From assembly GCA_904063045.1 (NCBI GenBank), contig CAJFCJ010000006.1, forward strand, positions 5,162,408 through 5,226,407: a stretch of DNA of 64,000 nucleotides, given 5' to 3'. The stretch is from Dimorphilus gyrociliatus. Taxonomy: Eukaryota > Animalia > Annelida. Below are positions 39,014-50,145 of the stretch, in pieces; within the stretch, counting starts at the first letter, position 1; the number at the start of each line of letters is the position of its first letter. A program made the position numbers and the translations under genes. Under the pieces are notes generated by a model that had not been told where the DNA came from, searched no databases, and saw nothing but the letters and a program-made list of their open reading frames with translations.

Positions 39014-41214
39014 AAGAAACGTACAATTTTTTTATTACGTAGTCAAGATGTTGTCCCACATTGTACATAGTAGTAATGTCTTTTTATAGTAAATATATAT
39101 TTGTTTATGGAATCAATCAAAAAAAAAAAAAAGATAAAATCACTAAAAAATTCACTCTTTTCCTTTATTTTAAGATAGACCAGTTTAGATATAAATTTAC
39201 TAACAATAAAAATCTAACAGTTTTATAACATTCTCTTTCCAGATATCAGCCAATTCTATAGAAATTGAGATAGAAAACAGGTGACTTGAATGTTTTATCA
39301 AGTTTGATGACTGATAGAATGCGTAATTATAAATTATATAATTTCTAATTTATGTTTATTTAATTACATTTTTAACTATACGTTTTATAAACATACTTAG
39401 CGGGTTTAAAATTGTTCATTGTTCTCTTATGTTTCATTCTAATCGCTTTTACTAGTAACATCTTCTAATCGCTCAGCTTCCCTGCGCTTAAAACAATTAA
39501 AGAAATCGAATAGTACATCATCACTCCAATACTTAAAGTATTAAATCTAGGCCTGTACAGAATCCACAATGTTCACCAAATTTACACTACTATTATTGCA
39601 CAGTGATTTGTTTTCTTGTCAACTATTATCTTACTTTAAGGCTGAAATAGAAACAACAAATAAACAATACTATATATTTCTTTTTTTATAATTTTTTTTA
39701 AAAAATTAATTGCATCTTCTATTTCTAGTGTATTCTTTTTAACCTTATAGGACTGTTGGTTGAGCGCGGAACGAGAGCCAGAATCTGAATATTAGCGATG
39801 GCTGTTGACGATTAATTTAGGTCATTGTAAAAAGCTCTTTAAATTACATGATCCGTTAACCCTTTCAAATATTTCATGTTCAACCAATTGAACATTTGGA
39901 AGAAATTTTCGAGGACTCTAGCTTTTTTTGGGAAAAGGAGAATATTAAACTTGAAAGTGTAATACATACGGCTAACTTTCCAGGGAAAAAATTAAATCGT
40001 TTTGATATGAAAAGTGCATATAATAATAAGGTAAATAATCATAGTAAATAAGGTCTAATTTGTCCAAATGACACATTCATACGTTCATTTCATCTAACTA
40101 ATCAACTGTTTCGGTATTCATAATGGAATATGATTTTGAAAACAATACGACATCTTATATTTAGTCGCAATATTTGTACAATGCCGTACGTCTTGACACA
40201 ATTACAGGTCTATGACCTCTACTTATTTCTTCTGAAGCTGCTTATACAGGCTTACTCCACAGAACCGTAATCGACGGAATGATAAGCAAAGTAGGCTAGG
40301 CTTGCGGTAAGGGATCTGTATTGTTAATCCAACCTAATCTGATTTTCTTAGCATTTCTAATTTTAACAAAATCCCTTTTTACGACGTCATTTTGAACTGA
40401 ACCCAGTTACATAAATGAGGTCAATATTTGAAAGTACTTGTGGCGAAATAGTTAAAAGGCTGTGGTTGTCTCCATGCAGATATTTTACTTAAAGTGAAAG
40501 TTGTATTATATTTGAAGTTTATAGGACAAGATACAATTGGATAATTATTTCATTCAGCTTTGAGCTTTAGAATAGGAAAGTGAGAGAAGGCATGTCGAAT
40601 CTTAATAGTAAAAAAATTATGATTTAATAGCCTATAATAAAAAAATTTGTCTTCCCGTAGTAATTACTGTGAATTCTTTTAAACTGGTTTCTTTCTATGT
40701 CAAAAGAATTGATATAAATCAACCTGCATTAATTCATCAATCTAGAAAGAGTGCATTAACCAAAATTGTACGTGCTACATCTGGAATATGTTAAGGATCA
40801 ATGATCATTAACCTGATAGTTAAAATAATTTCAAATGGAATTGAGTTTATTGAATCAAGTGAATTTTATCAAATATATAAATAATAACAAACTTGATAGC
40901 TCTTGTCTAACTCATTCATACAATTTTTAATTACTTTGCTTTTTATACGTTTTATCGAAAGCGAAATTACATGAATAATGTACATTTGCTTATGATATAA
41001 GATTAATCCACTGAATACAAGCCAACATAAATTTTAAAAATATCTATTTCTAAAATATCACTCCGACATCCGCCTGTTCTTATTTCGAAACTTTTCGTAC
41101 TTTCTCAGATAAAATGGTCTGCAAAAATTCATAAGTATACACACGAATACGTATTCAACATCAATTTTTTGTATAAAAATTTACAATCACAGGAAAAAAG
41201 AACATGAAATCATC

Positions 41215-43449
41215 TCATTTCGAAAAAACAGCGAAAACAATTGCAGCTACCGCAATTACCACACCACCTATAGTTAGGGAGGCTACATACCTTCTCCTTC
41301 TCTTTATATTATGATTCTCTTGATTCTTCTTCATTTCATCAATTTTTCTCTTCGTGTCTATCCATCTCTGCTGCCTTTTTGCTCTTATACTATTTGTCAA
41401 ATTACCATCCACTTCCTGATCATTTTCAATGTTCACAGGTGTTTTAACAACTTCTTCTTCTTCATCAAGAGCTTGACATTTTTCAGCCGCACTTAAAGCA
41501 GTAAATGAAAACGCCAGTTGTTCATAGGCTTGGATCAATCCGGGCCTATACCGCCTCATGTTGTGTAAAACCTGTAGGACATTCAAGGGAGGATCTTCAG
41601 TTTTCCTATTTTCCAAAATTTCCAAACACACATCAATTAGACAAAGTGTTCCAGTTCTTCCAACTCCTGCACTACAGTGAACTATTGGAGGAGTTTCTGG
41701 TTGGGTGATCGCTTTGCAACGTCTCAATTTCCCCAGGAAACGTAAAAAATGTTCGGGACTCTCTGGAACACCAAAATCCGGCCAAGCAACATAGTTGAAA
41801 TGCCTAACTATTCTTTCTTCCCCACTTCTGAGATCTTTTACACGCAATTTTCGTATAATAAATGTCCTATAACAAATTTCCTCTTCGAAAAATACCTACA
41901 AAAGAATAGCATGCTCTTATTATAAACGATCTTGAGACAGGATGATTATAGTATTAACAATATCTTTCAATTTCTTTATGAAGAAATATTTAGGGATTTT
42001 CAATAAAAGAACGAATGGGTTGAATAGACAAATTAACTATTACTATACTAAAGCGTAGTTAATAGATTGTCAGGACAAAAAGATACCAGCCTGAATATCA
42101 ACGTCGTCAAATATCTTTGGCTGCGATCTCTTTTTAGGCCAATATTCTTCACATTTTTGAGTGTTTCTTTCTCTGCATTTGTTTAACATTATAATGGCCA
42201 ATGACTTCTGCTCCCAAACCATTAACCAGAAATGAGAACATGTAGCAGGAGTTGGTCCTTGAGTTAAAATATATTTTCGGTAGAATCCTTTATCCTCCCC
42301 TCCTTGTTCTAACAAACTAGCATTTATATAATCTAGGCCATCTCTTTCTAGTTTAATACGGGTGTGATTGTCTGCAGGTGAATATACGAAATTTGTTAAA
42401 AAACGGAAAGGTGAAAATTATTTACATCGCTCCTAAAGTTAGTTACATTTCTATGAAGCAGTGATAATTTGTATTAGATTAATGTTTTACTTATTAATAG
42501 TATTATATATCTTTAGTTCTTTGTGGGCAAACTGTAAAGATTCTTTAAGTATTTTCAAACAACAATTTATATAGTTCAATAATCAATTACTTAGATCTTA
42601 AAATAAATAAATCAAAAAATATATTAGCATAGAGATAAAAAACCATAATGTGGCCCTGCCCAACTAGGAAAACACGTTTGATATTTTTTTTTATATTCCT
42701 CATTTATCAGCCAAATGCAAGATTACAATTACATTAAGAAGATCATTAATTTATTTATCCTGAAACAAAGCAACTAAATAGGCATATAGAGTTTTTCTAT
42801 AGCTAGGTGATCTTTTCAAGAATTTAATTCATAAAGAAGTAGATTTGAGTAATACTCAACCGAGTAAAACAAACCATTTTATCGTACAAGATTTGGAAAG
42901 TAAACAAATCGTATTACGCTATATTTTTTCAAGCCCTTACTCGATATGGCACACTCTATTGGATCTCCTAAGATTCAGTCTAAATCGTCATTACAAACAG
43001 TCACAAAATACAAAGAATAGACAGGGATCGATAAATTATTAAGTTAATGAAATATATTTATTAATTATTGGCCAATACTACGTATATTTAGACAGCTTGT
43101 GTGTAGCATATTTCGGTATGATATTATAACGTAATAGGTGTCTATTTGTTTTAGTCATTCAGTCGTGGCACAAAATTTTTTACTTTTTGGTAAATCGTTT
43201 GAAGAGTATTAAGTAAGATAACTTACAAGGGGAAATGTCTGCATATCTATTCCTGTGACGGAAGTAGGGGAGTTTTGAATCCGAAATACTTAAATCTTGG
43301 TTTCTTTTTGCCGATTCTAGTCTCATGCTCTAAAGAAGGTATAACTTATTAGGAATAAGGTACATTAGAGGAAAATACGCAACCGTAAACAAGTGAGCCC
43401 ATGCTGGTTTAGAATTATATTCTTGAAGAGTTTTATACACTTCCTCCAT
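41215..43449 (-). CDS. Non-receptor tyrosine phosphatase, PTP1B/TC-PTP (PTP61F)-like, tail-anchored
   Basis: Exons begin MEEVYKTLQEYNSKPAWAHLF. Motifs HRNRYADISP, DYINASL, YILTQGP, AWPDFGVP, VHCSAGVGRTG, IQAYEQL, and a C-terminal hydrophobic anchor. PTPN1 versus PTPN2 orthology is not resolvable. Confidence 0.92.
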
Positions 43450-43482
43450 GTCTGGGACACAAATTCTTTAAAACAGCTCTCT

Positions 43483-43516
43483 ACCGGAAACCAAACAGGA
43501 AGTGGACAACCGGAAT
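43483..43516. promoter_or_regulatory. Cluster of three ETS-like GGAA cores in the PTP/NTAQ1 bidirectional promoter
   Basis: ACCGGAAA 43483-43490, CAGGAAGT 43496-43503, ACCGGAAT 43509-43516. Confidence 0.4.
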
Positions 43517-43870
43517 TTATTGGAATCGCTTAAGAATCAATCTCGAATTCGACGAATCGTAAAACATAATTTTCTGAAGGTCAAGGATGTAACTAAGCGG
43601 AAATTTTATTTCAAATTAAAATTAGTCCAAATTACTGGTATTTAATTAACATTGAATATTATTTTAATATCAATTACAGCATAATCTTTCAGGTATACAA
43701 ATACCGCCAAATTAATTCATCATTATACTGCTGATTAGGTCAAGACTTGATTGTTCTAATTTGTAATGGCGTAAATATATCAATTTTATTAAGTATGAGT
43801 TAAAGTTTTCTTATTTTGAACACGTCATCATATTTTTTAGATATTTTCTTCCGTAGAATTTTGATAAAGA

Positions 43871-44503
43871 ATGTCACTAGAACCAAATTTTTTATCAAAA
43901 TCCGATTGCATCTACACACCCTGTTTTTGCGAAGAAAATGTTTGGAATATTTGCGATTACCTGCGAAGGAAATTCTCAGCTCTATTCCACAAATGTGTTG
44001 TAGTATTTATTTCGAACGAAAATAATTCAGTACCAATTTGGAAACAGAAAGCTAATCATTCAGGACTAGTTATTTGGGATTATCACGTCCTCGTAGTAAT
44101 TCTTTTTGGTAATGAGTACTATGTCTATGATTTGGATTCCCTTTTAGACTTTCCGTCTACCTTAAAGGAATATTTTGAAAAGGCCATTGGATCGGAAAAG
44201 AGTATTAAAGCTGATTATAGAAGAAAGTTTAGAGTAATCAGTGCTAAATGTTATTTAGAACATTTTGCATCTGACAGAACTCATATGCTGAAAGAAGACG
44301 GAACCTACTTCTCTCCTCCTCCCAAATATCCCTGCATTTCCACTCCTCACAGTAAAAACAATTTAGACATTTATAGGAGTATGAAAAATGATAGCGACTG
44401 TGATCATTTCGGATCTGTTTATTGTTTTTCCGATTTCCTTACTCATTTTTTACCAGACGTTCAACTCGCTAATTTACCCGATTTATGTGTAAAGGATAAT
44501 TAA
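43871..44503 (+). CDS. NTAQ1: Protein N-terminal glutamine amidohydrolase (WDYHV1); intronless CDS
   Basis: YTPCFCEENVW, VIWDYHV, VYDLDS (Cys-His-Asp triad), FASDRTHM, PPPKYPCI. Confidence 0.96.
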   Translation: MSLEPNFLSKSDCIYTPCFCEENVWNICDYLRRKFSALFHKCVVVFISNENNSVPIWKQKANHSGLVIWDYHVLVVILFGNEYYVYDLDSLLDFPSTLKEYFEKAIGSEKSIKADYRRKFRVISAKCYLEHFASDRTHMLKEDGTYFSPPPKYPCISTPHSKNNLDIYRSMKNDSDCDHFGSVYCFSDFLTHFLPDVQLANLPDLCVKDN

Positions 44504-44811
44504 ACAGAAGTATAATTAATAAGTATTTGTTAACAGTAAATAAGACAAATTACTCTATTTAATTAATACATCCTATTTATGGTTCGTATTAGAATGAAGT
44601 AATTAATTATTAAATATAAAAAAGAGCTTGTCAAGCCTAATTTGTAATACTAAAGACATTGAGTAGATGCTCTCTGGTATGTTGAACTTGAGTATTTATA
44701 GTGTATAACCTTCCTAGTCTCATTAGTTTAATCCTTGATTGGGTCAAGTACCTAATGACACACTAAAAGAAGTATTTTTTAATGATTTAATAGAAAAAAA
44801 TTAATAAAAAT

Positions 44812-46089
44812 ATGCTTTTTTCTTCGTTTATCATCATTTTACTTTCCATTGGTGGAAAAACAGTCGGAGGTATGTCAGTTCAAGTAACATTTATTATGCT
44901 CTATTTTAATGATTTCATACGTAATATTTTAGCTTTCACTGATGTTACTTATACTATCAGAAATGATAGTAACAGTCAAATATCAAAACCTAAATCTTCA
45001 ACTGTAGCTCAAACATCAGATTTTAAAATGAAAACTAGTTCGAGCCCAACTATTACATCAAAGCCTCCTTTGGAAACAACTGTTCATCCGTCTGTATCCT
45101 CTAAAGATCCAACACCGTCCAGCACCCATGTTATAATATTAACTAGCCAATCGAAAATATCTACAGGCTCACAGATTATTTCGAATAAATCTGATTCTAG
45201 TAGTCCTGTTGTTTCAACTGTATTTACAACAGTTCCTTCGAGATTTACTACGACAGAGAAATTGATAGACGGTGGTAAACTGACAACCAATAACACTATA
45301 AGACCAGAATTGAATATGACAACAAATTCAACTTCTAGTGAAACCAATAGCCCTTTGGAATCCTCGAGTACTGATCAATATAATAAATCAAGTAACAACA
45401 TCGAAATGACAAATAACCCAAAGGATGTCAGAAATGCAACAAAACAAGAAACAACAAGTACAATTAAACATTTTACAAGTTCAACAAACTCTGTGGAAAC
45501 CAGCTCAAATTCTTCATCAACGATAATAACGACGTTGGAAAGTAGCACAAAGAAGTCGATAACCTTGTCTAAGGTCGAGACTGTTACTGACCTACTACCG
45601 AGTGAAGAACCTGTTAAACAGACAAATCTTCAAAAGCAAACAACCGATAGAATAACTTCCGCAACGATAGAAAAAAATACCACTTCAATATCTGCAGAAA
45701 CAACAACAGAAAGACAACATCTAAGAATAGATAAACAAACTTTTTGTAAGGATTTGGATTGTGGAGACGGTGGAAAATGCGTACTTAAGTCTAATAAAGC
45801 AGTTTGCAAGTGTGATTGGGGCAGAAAAGGCATTTTATGCGAAGTAAATTTAAGACCTTTGATAACATGCGTTATCGTTTTGGCAAGTATTTTTGCACTT
45901 GTCCTTATATTACTTCTTATTAAAGTAATAAGGCAAAGAAGATTTGCTAAATGGCGAATATCTAGATTTAGATCTGCCAAAAGAGATGTTTATACAACTA
46001 TGCCTGGTTCGCATAGGTTGGTTAACGCTCCAAGTAGATCTAGTAAGAGGAGATCAGACGCTGGGTATCTCAATCTAGATGAATATTGA
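44812..46089 (+). CDS. Type I membrane mucin-like protein with one juxtamembrane EGF domain
   Basis: Signal peptide, probable 63-nt intron 44870-44932, about 280 aa S/T-rich ectodomain, EGF-like domain (CKDLDCGDGGKCVLKSNKAVCKCDWGRKGILC), TM LITCVIVLASIFALVLILLLI, basic cytosolic tail. Confidence 0.8.
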   Translation: MLFSSFIIILLSIGGKTVGGMSVQVTFIMLYFNDFIRNILAFTDVTYTIRNDSNSQISKPKSSTVAQTSDFKMKTSSSPTITSKPPLETTVHPSVSSKDPTPSSTHVIILTSQSKISTGSQIISNKSDSSSPVVSTVFTTVPSRFTTTEKLIDGGKLTTNNTIRPELNMTTNSTSSETNSPLESSSTDQYNKSSNNIEMTNNPKDVRNATKQETTSTIKHFTSSTNSVETSSNSSSTIITTLESSTKKSITLSKVETVTDLLPSEEPVKQTNLQKQTTDRITSATIEKNTTSISAETTTERQHLRIDKQTFCKDLDCGDGGKCVLKSNKAVCKCDWGRKGILCEVNLRPLITCVIVLASIFALVLILLLIKVIRQRRFAKWRISRFRSAKRDVYTTMPGSHRLVNAPSRSSKRRSDAGYLNLDEY

Positions 46090-46632
46090 TGATTTTTAAG
46101 TAGTTTTTAAAATGAGATTTATGCAGAACATTTTTATATGAATACTATATTGGAACATATAGTATATTATTTTGACTATATCAGTATTCTTTTAAAAGAA
46201 ATTTCTCTATATAAAACGTAGATGATTTGAAAAACAAAGCTCTTTATTTCTTTAATAAACATTAATTATTTTATCAAAACTATTAGTTAACCATATTTCA
46301 AATATCCATTTTTATTTCATTCTGAATTTTATACGAATTTATTAATACGCATAAAATAGCGCATGGATAAATTATGAAAAGTGCACAAAGAGACATTAAT
46401 ACAGTATATGATTTACAAATCAATCTATAATAGGGTTTATTGAAGAAAGATAAAATGTTTTGGCTTTCTTTCTATGGCTGATTTAGTCTCTTCAAATTCT
46501 CTTCTTTTTCCTATCTTCTATCATAATGAAAAACTTAAAGTTCTGTCCAGCACAAAAGATGCCTTTTGCGGTATATTTTTTATCCTTTTAATACCCTATC
46601 ATTTACAGATTGAATTCATTTCGATATATTTT

Positions 46633-49419
46633 TTACTGGTTCTTCTTCTCTTCTTTATGTAATGTTGGTTCCAAAATTTTGTAGCCGTTATCTACCGACG
46701 ACTCTCGAACGCATTTTCTTGGAAACCAACCTCTAATGCGATCTGTTAAACAACAATAATAAGTGATCTAGAAAGGTTCTATACCCAAATAAAAAATATT
46801 GACTGAGTAATGTACTGAATTTTTCTAATACGACTTTTGGCACAACTCAACATACAAAACTAGAAAGATTACCGTTTTTGTATCATATTTTACCAACATT
46901 TATTTTAGTTAAGACTTATTTAGAGATATCTAAAAAAATTACTAAATTATTGTTAGCTTAGAAGAATTATTAGGGGGAAATAAAAAAAAAATGCCGCGCC
47001 TAACTGTTGAAGAAAGACGAGCCGCTGTTGAAATGATACAAAATGGTGACCAAATAAAAGATGTGGCCGAGTTCTTTAAAGTATCTTCATTAACTATATC
47101 AAAGTTAAAAAAAAGATTTGCCGAAACTGGCTCGGTATTGGATAGACAAAGATCTGGACGTCCACGAAAATTGGATGTAACTGACGAGTGCAAAATAACT
47201 AAAGTATCTAAAGCCAATCCGTTTTTTACAGCTAGACAAGTAAAAAATCATACTGAGACATCGGTTCCTGTATCAATATCTACGGTTAAAAGAATACTGA
47301 AGAAACACGGTCTATCAAATAGAGCAAATACTATAAACGAAATAAGAAGACAAAAGTTAGCAGAAGAGAGGAGTCTATTAGCGGCAAAGAGTAAAAAGAA
47401 AAAAATGGAAATAATTGAAAAATTAAGTTTAAATAAAAATTAAAACTTTGTAATTAAATAATAAAAAAAAACGAATAAAAATCTTTAATTAAACCGAATA
47501 TACTTTTTACAGTTTTTTCCCTTTAACATTAAAAATATTGTACTCTAACTATTCTATTAAATATCTAAAGCCTATGGCTTAGTAGTGAAAGCATAATATC
47601 ATATAAGTAGAGTAAAAAAGTTTAGAAATCAACGAACTTTTTGTATTAATAGAAGTATACTTACTATCAGTTTTGTCTTTCAGCACCTTATCTCCGTAGA
47701 GCCAACGTCTAAAAAGAGAAAAACAAATTAAAAAGTCAATTGAGAGGATAAAATTAAATAGAAAAAAGTATTATATTATATCGGTTGTAGATTAAATATA
47801 ACCTACTTCCTCCATCTGGTTACGGAAACTTTATCACCATTAAGTAATGGGATTCTGGGCTCGTCTACGCACGGTGGACAACAAGCGACGCAAATTCCCT
47901 TTGATATAGGAAACCACGATCCATTATACTTTTCAGTTGCAACGTACGTTATCGCTCTCTCCCTCTTTTCAGCTTTCTGCTGCAGTTGTTCTACTGTAAG
48001 AGTATACTGATTGCAACCCTCTTTCACCTTATGGAAATTAACAAAAGATAAAATCATAGAATTCTTGATTATAGATAAATATTTAACGAACAGTCCATCT
48101 ATATCCGTCAGATTTATAAAAAGAACTAAAAACTTGTCTCAAGTTTTCTCTCCAGCCTAAGTCGTATGGATAAATCCATTCTTCATCAGTATCTCTTCTT
48201 CTCCAATGCGCTTTATCATTAATCCACGATTCAATGGAGGTTTCGTTTTTAATTATACTTCTAATTTGTATAATGCAAAGGCCGCCAACAGCAATAATGA
48301 CACCGACTGCTAAACCAACCGCTAGCATACTGAAGATAAACATTGTTACACTTAATGTTACTATAGGGTCATACTCTGATCCATAGCGTATGAAGTAATT
48401 CTGTAAAAAATTAGTCATTTATTTAATCAATACAAAATAACTAAAAAAAACAAACCTTAGTAACTGCTCTATACATAGAGGGAATTAATATACATAAACC
48501 ATGTAAGCATCCAGCTGGAGCAAATGCAAGAAAATACGTAAAATTGGCATGATTGAAATGACCGACGCAATTATTGATCCTGTTCATTTTTTTAAATAAA
48601 AATATGTAAACAAAACACTTTAAGTAAAATACAAGTTTAAAATAAAATATTAACCATGGACAATGATGATCCATTTTCATAACGCACCTGTACAAGTAAT
48701 AATTCATTTTTAAAGCAAATTTTTAAACTAAAAATGTTTTATTATTATAATAATATTTATTATTTTATTATAATATATTTATTTTAATGTAATAAATAAT
48801 TCATATTTTTTGCTCTATAATCCATTTGACAATGGCGTTATTCATCTATACTAATCTTCACCAAATTATTGATTTTTATAACAGTACAGTGCTAAGTGTA
48901 AATACATTTTATTTGCTTTTAATAGTTCTTTACTTTAAATTTTTGCTCCGGTACAATTTTTTAAAATATTCTTTTGTACTTACTTGCCACACTTTCTACA
49001 ATGATGCGATCTTGGAGCTTTAAAGCCTTTACAGACAATGCACTGTTGTAACTTATCTTCATCTCTTTTAGACTTCTTTATAAGGTAAAATAGAATAATT
49101 ATTTATTCCAAAGTATTTGTTTCACTTGTTCAGTTTAGATACTTACCGGTGCCCAATTTCGAGGTACATGACCTGGACCTAAAAAGGCTGCGTTGAAGAA
49201 GTTATAAAGAGTAGCAGTAACCCAAAAACAAAAGACAATCAAATGAACGCCCCCCCACAAAGTAGTTGGTGGCCACCACTGCAAATCGCAAATTATAGAG
49301 CACGATGAAACAATACCTATCACAGTCAGTGCTATACATGGTCCCCAATGAAGGAGACGATAAAAACATCCTATGCCACTGTCTGCCGAATTGACGATAA
49401 AATTTGAAGAGGAAGACAT
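46633..49419 (-). CDS. ZDHHC6: Palmitoyltransferase ZDHHC6 (DHHC + SH3-like C-terminus)
   Basis: RLLHWGPCIAL, APRSHHCRKCG|RCVMKMDHHCPW|INNCVG, NETSIESWI, YPYDLGW, |RWLYGDK (exon from 47665) and last exon 46742-46633 RIRGWFPRKC..EKKNQ* carrying the KKxx ER-retrieval motif. Confidence 0.95.
46991..47443 (+). mobile_element. Tc1/mariner-type transposase N-terminal DNA-binding domain (HTH-GRPR-HTH) without DDE core, nested antisense in the last ZDHHC6 intron
   Basis: 150 aa intact ORF with VAEFFKVSSLTISKLKKRFAETGSV, SGRPRK linker and VSISTVKRILKKHGL. It then diverges into a Lys-rich tail. No catalytic domain and no flanking TIR pair was seen. Confidence 0.8.
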
Positions 49420-49568
49420 CTTGAACGAAAACCGTTTTAATTTGACTACGAATTCTATATATATAGTTCACTTCTAATTTGCAGTTGAAAACAATATAAG
49501 TTTGTTAAATCATCTTTGATCAATAAGAAGTTAATATTAGTGTGTCAAAAGAAAAAAAATTGTCACAA

Positions 49569-49688
49569 ACGGAACCGGAATAAAATATTATTTGTTATTT
49601 TAGTATGGATAGGTGGTATGCGTCGTTTAAATTAGCTTATATTTTGGCGCCTATCTATAGCATCTTGAAAATTGACTTCCGTTTCCGT
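49569..49688. promoter_or_regulatory. ETS-like motifs in the ZDHHC6/NCAPG bidirectional promoter
   Basis: ACGGAACCGGAAT at 49569-49581 and ACTTCCGTTTCCGT at 49675-49688. Confidence 0.35.
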
Positions 49689-50145
49689 CGATTTGTATGT
49701 TTGAAAAAAAAACCGCGATTGAATGTGAGTAAAACTGAATATTCGTGTTAAGCTCCCGATTTTCTAGTACTTTAGGCAATCATATAAATTTTTAGGTCAA
49801 TTTTATCTATACGAAAAGCACTGATTTCCATTTTATAAGATATTTCACAAGAAAAATTAGAAAATCTAAATTTCGCGTGATTCTTATTTCATTTATTTTT
49901 TTAAATAGTAAATTCTTACAATTCCTTCAAATATCAATGGTTTATTTATTCTCATGTGTATTATATTACTGTCTAGTTTGAATATGTTTCGATATATTCT
50001 CCTGGATTTATTGAAAATCCAATGTTTCTTTTTTTTCTTCTTCAATGTTCGAAACATTCAAAAATTAAAATATAGTTAAAGAGAAATTACCTACAGACTA
50101 AATTATTTACTAGACCTATTCTCTTTTCACAGAAAGATAAACATC

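Noticed and set aside
43160-46848. Tc1-TIR-like words CAGTCGTGGCACAAAA (about 43160, +) and GAGTTGTGCCAAAAGT (46833-46848, -) facing inward
   Set aside because: The match is poor, there are no TA target-site duplications, they would enclose several host genes, and the second faces away from the HTH ORF.
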